Of a stretch of 51,412 nt of DNA, positions 15,948-24,960 are shown one piece after another. The DNA comes from a virus. Lineage: Duplodnaviria > Caudoviricetes. The notes under the pieces are model-generated. The model was not told where the DNA came from. It did not search any database and saw only the letters and a program-made list of their open reading frames with translations. Both the position numbers and the translations under genes were made by a program. How positions within the stretch are numbered: position 1 is the first letter of the stretch; every line of letters starts with the position of its first letter. The DNA is taken from positions 1 through 51,412 of the IMG/VR virus record IMGVR_UViG_3300023073_000001; one strand, 5' to 3'.

Positions 15948-16307
15948 TTACCACTCCCATCCCTTGAGATGGTAGACTAGTCTCATCACTGCTACAACTA
16001 CAAGACTGCCAACGAACAGCCATCCTGCCGTTGTCCAAGGATTCCTTTCGGCTATCTGGAGAGCTTCTGCTCCATAGCCAGAGTACGTACTAAAGTTCAT
16101 ATAATCTCCTATTTTGGCCAATAGGCCTTTAAATGCGTTATAAGCCTCACTGATGCGATTTACACCCTCTGGGCCTGTGGGGTAGCTCCATATATCAAAT
16201 AACTCACCAGCGGGCTTCCTAGAGGCTTCTAGGGCTATCTGGTGATTGATCTCCGCTGTAGGTCTGTCAACCGGGAGCGGAATCGTTTTTATGAAGAAAT
16301 CAGTCAT
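15948..16307 (-). CDS. Hypothetical protein with C-terminal TM helix
   Basis: 119 aa; WLFVGSLVVVAVMRLVY. Confidence 0.6.
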   Translation of the reverse strand: MTDFFIKTIPLPVDRPTAEINHQIALEASRKPAGELFDIWSYPTGPEGVNRISEAYNAFKGLLAKIGDYMNFSTYSGYGAEALQIAERNPWTTAGWLFVGSLVVVAVMRLVYHLKGWEW

Positions 16308-16322
16308 TTCTTATGCTTTCTT

Positions 16323-16514
16323 TCATAAGTCCTCATGAAGTCTCTCGCCCACTCTAGGGAGTCTAGTTGACTCAAGCTTATCCCGTTCTTCGTTGGCGAT
16401 GTTTTGGATAAATTTACTATATTCACCTCTTCGTTTAAAGAAGTTCTCAAACGCTTCTATCTCCTTTAGCTTTATATCCGACGGAAGCGGCGTAACCTGT
16501 TTCTGGACTTCCAT
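16323..16514 (-). CDS. Hypothetical protein
   Basis: 63 aa, GGAGG RBS. Confidence 0.55.
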   Translation of the reverse strand: MEVQKQVTPLPSDIKLKEIEAFENFFKRRGEYSKFIQNIANEERDKLESTRLPRVGERLHEDL

Positions 16515-16686
16515 AGTATCTTACCTCCATATCTTCTTCTCTGACTAGGAGATCGAAGAGTTGTGTATCTGTATTAAACTCTATGTCTACAATAGTATCC
16601 CCTTTCTTGAGGAGTCTATCAAAGGAGAACTCTCTTCCTCCTTCTTTGTAGAACATAACACTTACTATCTTTTCGTTTTCTTTCAT
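16447..16686 (-). CDS. Hypothetical protein
   Basis: 79 aa, AGGAG RBS right after the leftward promoter. Confidence 0.6.
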   Translation of the reverse strand: MKENEKIVSVMFYKEGGREFSFDRLLKKGDTIVDIEFNTDTQLFDLLVREEDMEVRYYGSPETGYAASVGYKAKGDRSV

Positions 16687-16700
16687 AGAATTCTCCTATG

Positions 16701-16738
16701 TTGACAAACATACTACATCTCGTGTATACTTATGTCAA
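16701..16738. promoter_or_regulatory. Overlapping divergent sigma70 promoters at the arm boundary
   Basis: Plus strand TTGACA (16701), 18 nt, TATACT (16725); minus strand TTGACA (16738), 17 nt, TAGTAT (16715-16710); RBS and ATG follow on each side. Confidence 0.75.
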
Positions 16739-16747
16739 GGAGTAATA

Positions 16748-16906
16748 ATGTTAGAATCACTAATAAATGCCCTCGATCAACGAGGGATGCTCGTAATGCA
16801 AGCGATGCTCGGTAAACGTGCCATCGAATTACTTGAAGACGAGAACGAAAAGAAACCTAAGAAGACCAAACTAGTCACTCCGAACAAAGGGTTGATAACG
16901 ACCTAA
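16748..16906 (+). CDS. 52-aa hypothetical protein
   Basis: AAGGAG RBS; MLESLINALDQRGMLVMQAMLGKRAIELLEDENEKKPKKTKLVTPNKGLITT. Confidence 0.65.
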   Translation: MLESLINALDQRGMLVMQAMLGKRAIELLEDENEKKPKKTKLVTPNKGLITT

Positions 16907-16957
16907 TGCCCTCGATGCGCGATAAGGCAACCCGTGTCAAACCTAAGGATTTAATAT

Positions 16958-17353
16958 ATGGCAATTTATAAGAACCGCGAAGTGTATCTCGTATCGACCT
17001 TCGTGCCCAGCAATACCAATGTCGACCTCGTAGCCGTCTCCTATACGAACGGTATGCGAGACAATGTTCCTCTCGGTCAGGTGCAGTTCACCGAAGACGA
17101 GAAGAAAGCCCTCGTGAAGGACAATCCCTCCCGTTTTGAAGACGTCAAGATCGCTACTAAGGAAGACCTCGAAGCAGTTCGCGTCGGTGTAACTCCTCCG
17201 TCCGATCCTTCCTTCAAGGAAGCAGCTGAAGCCCGCGTCCAGCGCGAAGAGCAGCAGAAGAAGCTAGACGAAATGAATAAGGCCGCAGACGCCGAAGCTA
17301 AGAAGCAATTCGATGCCAAGGTCAAGGCAGATAAGTCTGAAAAGGCTAAGTAA
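16958..17353 (+). CDS. Hypothetical protein
   Basis: 131 aa, AAGGA RBS, charged C-terminus. Confidence 0.75.
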   Translation: MAIYKNREVYLVSTFVPSNTNVDLVAVSYTNGMRDNVPLGQVQFTEDEKKALVKDNPSRFEDVKIATKEDLEAVRVGVTPPSDPSFKEAAEARVQREEQQKKLDEMNKAADAEAKKQFDAKVKADKSEKAK

Positions 17354-17493
17354 TGTCCCAAGCATTTCATATCGTTAAGATTGTATTCGCCGTCGGATTT
17401 ATCGTCGCCGGTACAGTCGCACTCTGGCTTGCCCCTGCTATGTCCCAACCCCTCTTCGTTGGTGGCATTGCTTGGTGCATGATCCCCGAGTAA
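17353..17493 (+). CDS. 46-aa membrane peptide
   Basis: TAATG coupling; two hydrophobic segments. Confidence 0.55.
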   Translation: MSQAFHIVKIVFAVGFIVAGTVALWLAPAMSQPLFVGGIAWCMIPE

Positions 17494-17497
17494 TACC

Positions 17498-17764
17498 GTG
17501 ATTGATTGGACTGTCTCCCTAGGTAATATCATTACGATACTTACCGTAATCGCTAGCGTCATAGGCTTAGTCTATAACATGAAATCAGATATCGTTCTAC
17601 TTCAGAATGACGTCACACATCTAGAGAAGGCTCAGCAAACTATGACGGAGGCATTTTCTAATATGGGAAAGGTCTTAACTACCGTGGCAGTACAGGACAA
17701 TCGCCTCACAATGATCGAAAAAAAATTAGATGAACTCTCACACGGTAAAGGTTACGTAAAGTGA
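17498..17764 (+). CDS. Membrane protein with coiled coil (holin/XhlA-like)
   Basis: N-terminal TM IDWTVSLGNIITILTVIASVIGLVY followed by a heptad pattern. Confidence 0.6.
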   Translation: MIDWTVSLGNIITILTVIASVIGLVYNMKSDIVLLQNDVTHLEKAQQTMTEAFSNMGKVLTTVAVQDNRLTMIEKKLDELSHGKGYVK

Positions 17765-18042
17765 CTTACGCCGCTGATGGTTCATTGAATGTATCTGTCG
17801 TCGACGGCCTGACCTATACGGGTCTATATGCCGCCGACGGCAGCTATAACGTCGTCGTAGTTGACGGACTGACGTACGTCGGAAAGTATGCCCCTTGTGG
17901 TGCATGGAACGTCCGAACAGCTCCCGTTCCTGTGACAGGCGCTAATCCTATTTCTTCCCCTGAAGGTGGACTTTACGTCTCTCAGACTCCGTACACCAAT
18001 GGAGCTCAACGAGTTACTGTTGTAGCTGGAGTAATCCCGTAA
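17761..18042 (+). CDS. Putative virion protein with an internal repeat
   Basis: YAADGSxNVxVVDGLTY occurs twice. Confidence 0.65.
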   Translation: MTYAADGSLNVSVVDGLTYTGLYAADGSYNVVVVDGLTYVGKYAPCGAWNVRTAPVPVTGANPISSPEGGLYVSQTPYTNGAQRVTVVAGVIP

Positions 18043-19431
18043 GTGGCTCTTTCTGCTAATACAGTCTTCGAAGTACGTCTGACTGGCAATGACACCAACG
18101 GTGGTGGCTTTGTCACAGGTGCGTCGGGAACTGACTGGTCTCAGCAAACTTCTCCTCAGTACTCCGTCACCGACGGTGTGACTGCAGGTACTACTACTAT
18201 TACCAGCGCATCTGCTGCCTTCGGCACAGACGTCATCGGTAACATCATCTCCGTCTCTGGAGGTACGGGTGCTGTCGTTCAAAGCTGGTATCAGATTACT
18301 GCCCGTCCTAGCGCTACACAGATTACAGTCGACCGTGCTACAGGACTTACGTCCGGCACTGGTGTGACTCTCAAGATTGGTGGGGCTCTATTCTCCCCCG
18401 GTGCTGCAGGTGCGGCTATCGTCGCAGGAGGCAGTGTTTCCGGTAATACGGTTTTCATTCAATACAACGCCTCTCCATACGTAGTAACCTCGGCTTCGAC
18501 TAACATAGCTGAAGGCTGTGTCTTAGGAACAGCCGGTTCTTATTGGATAGGGTATGATGCAAGTCGTACTAGATATCCTGCTGTCGGCGGTAACAGACCG
18601 ACTGTCCAGCTAAATACCGGTGTATCTAACGCTGTTATCTTTACTGGCACTAATAACGCTTACTTCCTTCAGAACCTAATCTTAGATTGTAATAACCAAA
18701 CTACCAGTCGTGCAGGGTTGATGTCTGGGGAATACTTCTACGTCAAAGCTATGAACGGTACTTGGAACACTACAGGAGGCGTCTTACAGGACAACTCTGT
18801 AGGCCGTGCCATATACTGTGAGGTTTCAAACTGTACCTTAACCAGCGCTGCTAATGGCATTCGTTTGGTTGGAAACGCATTCTTCTGTTGGGTTCATGAT
18901 AACGCAATAGCTAGCGGATCGCATGGACTGACAGCGGTTAATGCCGTTGGATGTATTAGTAATAATAACACAGGCGGTGGAGGTTTCAGCGCTTTTAATA
19001 CTGCAGTTGGTTGTATCGCATATGGTAATGGTCAGCATGGTTTCTTTCCCCAGAATACAGGGGGTACTTATATAAACTGTATCGCAGAGAATAATGGAAC
19101 ACTCGGTTGGGTTGGCGGTACATCTAGGTATTGTCTTATGAGGTGTGCTTCTTACAACAATACTACAGCTAGGAGTAGCGCAGCTACAGGTCAAGTATTT
19201 GACATCGATCCAATCCTAGGGAGCGGTTCATTCTTCACTAACGCAGCTGGCGCGGACTTCACTACTAATACTACGGCGGGTGCAGGTGCGCTACTGCGGG
19301 AGACAGCCTTCCCAGACGTATTCCTGCCAGGCCAGACTGACTACAGAGATGTAGGTGCGTTTCAACACCAAGACACCGGCGGTGGCGGGTCTACAGGCAT
19401 ATCACGCGCTAGAGGCGCATCAGGGTTCTAA
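18043..19431 (+). CDS. Putative fibre/spike with right-handed beta-helix
   Basis: Gly/Ser/Thr/Asn-rich; repeats GCISNNNTGGG, GCIAYGNGQHG, NCIAENNGTLG; C-terminal DVGAFQ. Confidence 0.65.
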   Translation: MALSANTVFEVRLTGNDTNGGGFVTGASGTDWSQQTSPQYSVTDGVTAGTTTITSASAAFGTDVIGNIISVSGGTGAVVQSWYQITARPSATQITVDRATGLTSGTGVTLKIGGALFSPGAAGAAIVAGGSVSGNTVFIQYNASPYVVTSASTNIAEGCVLGTAGSYWIGYDASRTRYPAVGGNRPTVQLNTGVSNAVIFTGTNNAYFLQNLILDCNNQTTSRAGLMSGEYFYVKAMNGTWNTTGGVLQDNSVGRAIYCEVSNCTLTSAANGIRLVGNAFFCWVHDNAIASGSHGLTAVNAVGCISNNNTGGGGFSAFNTAVGCIAYGNGQHGFFPQNTGGTYINCIAENNGTLGWVGGTSRYCLMRCASYNNTTARSSAATGQVFDIDPILGSGSFFTNAAGADFTTNTTAGAGALLRETAFPDVFLPGQTDYRDVGAFQHQDTGGGGSTGISRARGASGF

Positions 19432-20156
19432 TGTTAGCTATACCTCAATCCACTACCAAGCTAGTTATGTTCAAGGCATACCTGTCATCAGACCATGTCA
19501 CAGAAGCAACTGGCAAGACTATCGCTATCACAATCAGTAAAAATGGAGGTGCATTCGGCAACCCCAGCGCTGGCGCGACTAACGCGACAGGCATATCCTC
19601 TGGTTGGTACTCAGTCTCGTTGAGTACAACAGACACAAATACACTAGGTCCTCTCGCTATCCGAGGGACAGAAGGAACCATCGATGATGTCGGAGTGCTT
19701 TTCGAAGTTGTCTCTGCAAGTACTGGCGGACTTACTAATCTTGACGCCACTGTTTCTTCTCGCATGGCTACTTATACTCAGCCTACAGGCTTTCTCGCGG
19801 CGACGTTCCCAGGCGGAACAATCGCAAACACAACTAACCAAACAGCGGGAACTGTCACTACAGTCTCCGGTAACGTCAACGGATCAGTAGGCAGTGTCAC
19901 TGGCGCAGTCGGTAGCGTAACAGGTTCGGTAGGTTCAGTCACAGGACTGACAGCCAGCAATCTCGACGCCACCGTATCTAGCCGGCTAGCTTCTGCAAGC
20001 TATACAGCTCCTGATAATGCAGGCATAACTGGCATCAAAGCCAAGACAGACAGCCTAAGCTTCACTGTAGCCAACAGAGTTGATTCTAATATCCGTGTTG
20101 TCAACGGTGTTACCGTAACCGGTACAGGTACTCTCGTAGATCCCTGGGGGCCGTAA
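19431..20156 (+). CDS. Putative virion fibre protein with GSV repeats
   Basis: VSGNVNGSVGSVTGAVGSVTGSVGSV; NLDATVSSR twice. Confidence 0.65.
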   Translation: MLAIPQSTTKLVMFKAYLSSDHVTEATGKTIAITISKNGGAFGNPSAGATNATGISSGWYSVSLSTTDTNTLGPLAIRGTEGTIDDVGVLFEVVSASTGGLTNLDATVSSRMATYTQPTGFLAATFPGGTIANTTNQTAGTVTTVSGNVNGSVGSVTGAVGSVTGSVGSVTGLTASNLDATVSSRLASASYTAPDNAGITGIKAKTDSLSFTVANRVDSNIRVVNGVTVTGTGTLVDPWGP

Positions 20157-20443
20157 TGGCTTCTACATGGGGTGACTCCTGGGGCGTAAGCTGGAGTTTC
20201 AGCTGGGACATCGTAGCCCCTGCTCCCGTCACTGTTTCAAGTGGACGTCTCAAGGGAGAGCTGTTTAAACCGAAGCATACTTCGGAAACTTACCATAATA
20301 GGTACCCTCCTTCTCACCATAAAGAGCTGGCTAAGTCTGCGAAGATTCTAGCTACGGCAGGTGGACACGCCAGGGCAGCAAGCCTATCTCCTCAACAACG
20401 TACTCAAATTGCTATGAAAGCCGCTAATGCCCGGTGGAAATAA
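20156..20443 (+). CDS. Small protein with WGxSW N-terminus and basic GGxARA...AAxARW C-terminal motif
   Basis: MASTWGDSWGVSWSFSW...AGGHARAASLSPQQRTQIAMKAANARWK. Confidence 0.7.
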   Translation: MASTWGDSWGVSWSFSWDIVAPAPVTVSSGRLKGELFKPKHTSETYHNRYPPSHHKELAKSAKILATAGGHARAASLSPQQRTQIAMKAANARWK

Positions 20444-20534
20444 GAAATATAAGAAACCAGCAAGCATAACAAAGCACGCACGCATTGTTGGGCAGCTCGG
20501 TGGGCGTCCGCGGAATAAACCTGCAAGCATATGA
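20427..20534 (+). CDS. 35-aa basic peptide with GGRPR (AT-hook-like)
   Basis: MPGGNKKYKKPASITKHARIVGQLGGRPRNKPASI; its stop overlaps the terminase ATG (ATGA). Confidence 0.45.
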   Translation: MPGGNKKYKKPASITKHARIVGQLGGRPRNKPASI

Positions 20535-22120
20535 AAATTACCACTGGTAAAGTCGGAAGGCCCAAGACATCCGAAGTAGAACAACTACGCGCGCAACGAA
20601 GAGAACTAGCCGAGTCTTCTCTCGAAGAGTTCATCAATCTCGTTCACCCGAAACGATTGTTGGGGAACATCCACAGGGAAGTAATATCGTGGTGGACCAG
20701 CGACGGCGCGAAGTCACACCAACTCCTTCTTCTGCCGCGAGACCACATGAAGTCAGCGTTGATCGCTTACCGTGTGGCATGGGAACTAACTAAGGATCCT
20801 ACGCTCAGGGTTCTCTACATATCTTCTACCAGCAATCTCGCTACTAAGCAACTCAAGTTTATTAAGGATATCTTCACAGACGACACCTATCGTCTGTATT
20901 GGCCAGAGATGGTTAACAAGGAAGAAGCTAAGCGTGAGAAGTGGACAGAACGAGAAATATCATTAGATGACCCCCGTAGACGCGCTGAGTCAATTAGAGA
21001 CCCAAGTATTTTTACAGCTGGTCTCACTAGTAATATCATTGGCATGCACTGTGATATTGCTGTCCTCGATGACGTGGTGGTTACTGGAAACGCTTACACC
21101 GAAGACGGCAGACAACGAGTAAGAGATCAATATGGTTATCTTTCTTCCATTGAGTCTGTCAACGCTCGTGAGTGGGTTGTTGGAACCCGGTATCATCCCC
21201 TCGATCTGTACGCTGATCTTCTTAGCATGGATATACCTTTTTATGACGAGTTAGGTAATGTCAACAAAACCGTCCCCTTATTCGACATTAAGGAATATCC
21301 TGTTGAGTCGGCTGGCGATGGATCCGGACAATTTCTCTGGCCCCGTCAACAACGTTCAGATGGGAAGTGGTTTGGTTTTGATCACTCTATTCTCCGAACC
21401 AAGAAGTCCCAGTACTTAAACCAAGTTCACTTCAGAGCCCAGTATTACAATGACCCACATGATACAGACTCTTCCCCGATCGACCGAACTCTATTCCAAT
21501 ACTACGACACCGCTCATCTTACCAAGCGTGACTTTCGATGGTATTTCAAAGGAGAGCCTCTTAATATTTGTGCTGCAGTCGACTTCGCTTACAGTACAAC
21601 CAAAAGTGCCGACAGCACAAGCATCGTGGTCATAGGCACAGATAGCCAAAACAACTACTACATCCTAGAGATCGATCGGTTCAAGACTGATAAGATCTCG
21701 GAGTATTTCAATCACATCCTTAAGCTCCACAACTATTGGGGGTTCAGACGAATCAGATGCGAAGTCTCGGTGGCACAGAAAGTTATCGTAAAGGACTTAA
21801 AGGACAATTACATTCGCCCTTACGGGCTCAGTCTTTCAGTAGACGAGTTCCGTCCCACAGTAAGGGAAGGCACTAAAGAGGAACGTATCCTCGCAGTCCT
21901 AGAGCCTAGATACGCTAACGGCCAGATCTGGCACTACCCTTCAGGTAATACCCAGATCCTCGAAGAAGAACTTATCTTCACTAATCCTCCTCACGACGAC
22001 GTCAAGGACGCTCTAGCTTCTGCTATCGACTTCGCTGTCCCTCCTATGAACTACCTCAGAATGAGAAAACAAGCATTGCCTGCCTTTACATATAACTCCC
22101 GTTGGGGAGGCGTCGCATGA
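20531..22120 (+). CDS. terL: Terminase large subunit
   Basis: Walker A-like LPRDHMKS, GMHCDIAVLDD, VGTRYHPLD, nuclease AVDFA and HDDVKDALASA. Confidence 0.93.
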   Translation: MKITTGKVGRPKTSEVEQLRAQRRELAESSLEEFINLVHPKRLLGNIHREVISWWTSDGAKSHQLLLLPRDHMKSALIAYRVAWELTKDPTLRVLYISSTSNLATKQLKFIKDIFTDDTYRLYWPEMVNKEEAKREKWTEREISLDDPRRRAESIRDPSIFTAGLTSNIIGMHCDIAVLDDVVVTGNAYTEDGRQRVRDQYGYLSSIESVNAREWVVGTRYHPLDLYADLLSMDIPFYDELGNVNKTVPLFDIKEYPVESAGDGSGQFLWPRQQRSDGKWFGFDHSILRTKKSQYLNQVHFRAQYYNDPHDTDSSPIDRTLFQYYDTAHLTKRDFRWYFKGEPLNICAAVDFAYSTTKSADSTSIVVIGTDSQNNYYILEIDRFKTDKISEYFNHILKLHNYWGFRRIRCEVSVAQKVIVKDLKDNYIRPYGLSLSVDEFRPTVREGTKEERILAVLEPRYANGQIWHYPSGNTQILEEELIFTNPPHDDVKDALASAIDFAVPPMNYLRMRKQALPAFTYNSRWGGVA

Positions 22121-23949
22121 CCGGTAAGGTACTTGCGTTAGAGAACGTAATCACTCCTGACCTCTTAGCCACTCGTATCACCGAGAAGTTCATTACTTGG
22201 GATGGTATGCGTCAAGTCAAGAAGAATGATTGGGAGGAAGTTCGTCGCTATGTCTACGCTACTGATACTACTCAAACGAGTAACTCAACGCTGCCTTGGA
22301 AGAATAAAACTACTATTCCAAAGCTCTGTCAAATCCGAGACAACCTCTTCGCGAACTACATCGCGACTCTCTTTCCTAAGCGTAAATGGCTTGTCTGGGA
22401 AGCTAACAACCAAGACAGTAACGATGTCGCCAAGCGTGACGCTATCGTCAATTATATGTCGTGGAGCATTGAACAACCCGAATTTAAGTCCGAGATGGAA
22501 AAGATCGTCCAGGACTACATCGACTTCGGAAATTGCTTCGCCACTGTCGAATGGACAGATCAACGTGTAGAGCAGAAAGGCAGAACCCAAGTCGGTTATG
22601 TCGGTCCGTCTATCCGTCGTATCTCTCCTCTCGATATCGTCTTCAATCCTACAGCTGAGAACTTCACTTCCTCCCCTAAGATCGTCCGTTCGGTGATCTC
22701 ACTGGGTGAGTTGAAGGAACTACTCGCTAGATTGTCTAATGACGAAAACCGTGAAGCCTACGAAACACTATACAATTACTTAAAAGAGATTCGCTTCCAT
22801 GCTCGTGAGTCCTCAGCGGATTGGCAGCAGAAGGACAATCTCTATGCCATGGATGGCTTTACTAGCTATCGTGCCTACCTTCAATCTGATTACTGTGAAG
22901 TCCTAACCTTCTACGGTGATTGGTATGATCCCTATACGGACACGTTTGAAAAGAATCGTGTCATCACAGTTGTGGACAGACATAAGCTTATTAGCAACGA
23001 GCCTAATCCTTCTTTCTTTGGATTTCCTCCTATTGTCCACTCTCCTTGGCGTCGTAAACAAGACAATCTTTGGGGCATGGGCCCGCTAGATAACCTTGTC
23101 GGTATGCAATACCGTGTCGACCACATCGAGAATATGAAAGCCGACATCTGGGATCTCGTTACTTACCCCGTCCAAAAGGTTAAGGGATTCGTTGAAGAGT
23201 TCACCTGGCAGCCCGGTGAGAAAATCTTTGTCTCCGAAGAAGGTGACGTAGAACTCGTACAACCCGATGTCAATATCTTCCAGTCTAACATGGAGATTGA
23301 AAAGCTCCAGATGCAGATGGAGGAAATGGCTGGCGCTCCGCGTGAAGCTATGGGTATTCGTTCTCCTGGTGAAAAGACCAAGTACGAAGTCCAGCAGCTG
23401 CAGAACGCTTCCTCACGTCTCTTCCAGAATAAGATCTTTCAGTTCTCTGAGCTGCTTGAACAGCTCCTGAACTTCATGCTCGAACTAGCCCGCCGCAATA
23501 TGAGTGGCTCAACCTCCATTAAAGTATTTGATGACGAATTCAAGACCGTTACGTTTCAGAATCTCACTGTCGACGACATCACAGGTATGGGAAGAATTAG
23601 ACCAGTTGGAGCGCGACATTTTGCAGAACAAGCTGAGTTGGTCCAGAACCTTACAGCTCTCGCAGGCTCTGGCCTCTGGCCCGTCGTGCAGCCTCACTTC
23701 TCGGGTATTATTCTTGCTAAGGTTCTGGAGAATACTTTCGACCTTAAAGACTTTGGTATGGTTACTCCATACATCAACCTCGCTGAACAAGCAGACGCCC
23801 AGCGATACGTCCAAGCTATGCAAGAACAACTCCATCAAGAGATGGGCACAGCGACAGGTATGGGAGCAGACTATGATGTTGACGGTGCTGGCAATTTCGC
23901 ACCACCGGCGCAATCTTCCGCGAATCCATTAGAAGGTAGCCCGCAATGA
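22117..23949 (+). CDS. Portal protein
   Basis: 610 aa after terL, GGAGG RBS; DYIDFGNCF, LWGMGPL, GIRSPGEKTKYEV. Confidence 0.88.
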   Translation: MTGKVLALENVITPDLLATRITEKFITWDGMRQVKKNDWEEVRRYVYATDTTQTSNSTLPWKNKTTIPKLCQIRDNLFANYIATLFPKRKWLVWEANNQDSNDVAKRDAIVNYMSWSIEQPEFKSEMEKIVQDYIDFGNCFATVEWTDQRVEQKGRTQVGYVGPSIRRISPLDIVFNPTAENFTSSPKIVRSVISLGELKELLARLSNDENREAYETLYNYLKEIRFHARESSADWQQKDNLYAMDGFTSYRAYLQSDYCEVLTFYGDWYDPYTDTFEKNRVITVVDRHKLISNEPNPSFFGFPPIVHSPWRRKQDNLWGMGPLDNLVGMQYRVDHIENMKADIWDLVTYPVQKVKGFVEEFTWQPGEKIFVSEEGDVELVQPDVNIFQSNMEIEKLQMQMEEMAGAPREAMGIRSPGEKTKYEVQQLQNASSRLFQNKIFQFSELLEQLLNFMLELARRNMSGSTSIKVFDDEFKTVTFQNLTVDDITGMGRIRPVGARHFAEQAELVQNLTALAGSGLWPVVQPHFSGIILAKVLENTFDLKDFGMVTPYINLAEQADAQRYVQAMQEQLHQEMGTATGMGADYDVDGAGNFAPPAQSSANPLEGSPQ

Positions 23950-24230
23950 TCTCAGCATGGACCAAAAACCTGTCATCGCAGGAAGATGCAGACAGATTCA
24001 AAAGACACTTGTTGTCTTCAAGAGCAATATTAGAGCGTCTACAGGAGCTTCTAGATGAAGAAAAGAATGCCCTGGACGCCGTAGAGATTAGTTCCAAGAC
24101 TTATGACTCGCCTAATTGGGGCTACCGCCAAGCACACAGCAATGGGTTCAAGGCCGGAATTAAGATGGTGAGCAACCTTATATACATTGACCCCAAGGAA
24201 TACGATGGCCGACAGCCTATTCAACAATGA
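23946..24230 (+). CDS. Hypothetical head-module protein
   Basis: 94 aa between portal and scaffold; YDSPNWGYRQAHSNG. Confidence 0.7.
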   Translation: MISAWTKNLSSQEDADRFKRHLLSSRAILERLQELLDEEKNALDAVEISSKTYDSPNWGYRQAHSNGFKAGIKMVSNLIYIDPKEYDGRQPIQQ

Positions 24231-24942
24231 CCCAGACGACAACGCAGACCGCAACGCTCTCCTCGAAAAGTGGAAAGCCAAAACCCCCGAAGAAGTACTC
24301 GCCGCTAAGGTCGAGTCCGATCTTTACATTAAGACCCTCACAGGTCGTATGGATGACCTAACCAAAGATCACCTACAGCTTATGGAGGAATCTAAAGCGA
24401 AGGCCCAACTCCAAGATCTCATTGACCGTTTAGAGAAACGTGGAGAAGGACAGGAACAGAACCAGCAAAACCAATCAGGGACTGATACCCAACAGCCGTC
24501 GTTTAAGCCTGAAGATATCGAAGCGATAGTCCAGAAGAAGCTTACCGAAAATGACCTTCGGAAGAAGCAGGATAATAACTTCAATACAATCAAGGCCACA
24601 CTCAGGGAAACTCTTGGCGATAACGCACAAGAGATCCTTAAACAACGCCGAGAAGAACTCGGATTAACGCAGGAATTTGCAGACGAACTTGCCCGCAACC
24701 ATCCCACTGTCTTTCTTAAGACCTTCGGTTTGGAACAGCAGCATCAGGATCCCTTCCGGGCTCCTCCTCGTAACAACATCCGGCCATCTTCATTCGCCCC
24801 TAAGACTCCAGTCCGTGACTGGAACTACTACCAGGAGATGAAGAGGAAAGATCCTAAGGTCTATCTCGATCCCAAAATCGCTGTCCAAATGCATGAAGAC
24901 GCTATCGCCCTTGGCGATAAGTTCGGAATGCCTGAGGACTAA
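24205..24942 (+). CDS. Capsid scaffolding protein
   Basis: Charged, Gln-rich helical protein immediately upstream of the capsid gene; start MADSLF after AAGGA. Confidence 0.75.
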   Translation: MADSLFNNDPDDNADRNALLEKWKAKTPEEVLAAKVESDLYIKTLTGRMDDLTKDHLQLMEESKAKAQLQDLIDRLEKRGEGQEQNQQNQSGTDTQQPSFKPEDIEAIVQKKLTENDLRKKQDNNFNTIKATLRETLGDNAQEILKQRREELGLTQEFADELARNHPTVFLKTFGLEQQHQDPFRAPPRNNIRPSSFAPKTPVRDWNYYQEMKRKDPKVYLDPKIAVQMHEDAIALGDKFGMPED

Positions 24943-24960
24943 CAACAGGACTACAAACTA

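Noticed and set aside
19860-19945. Tandem DNA repeat or diversity-generating region
   Set aside because: The repeat is at protein level (GSV/GSVT) with divergent codons, and no reverse transcriptase is present.
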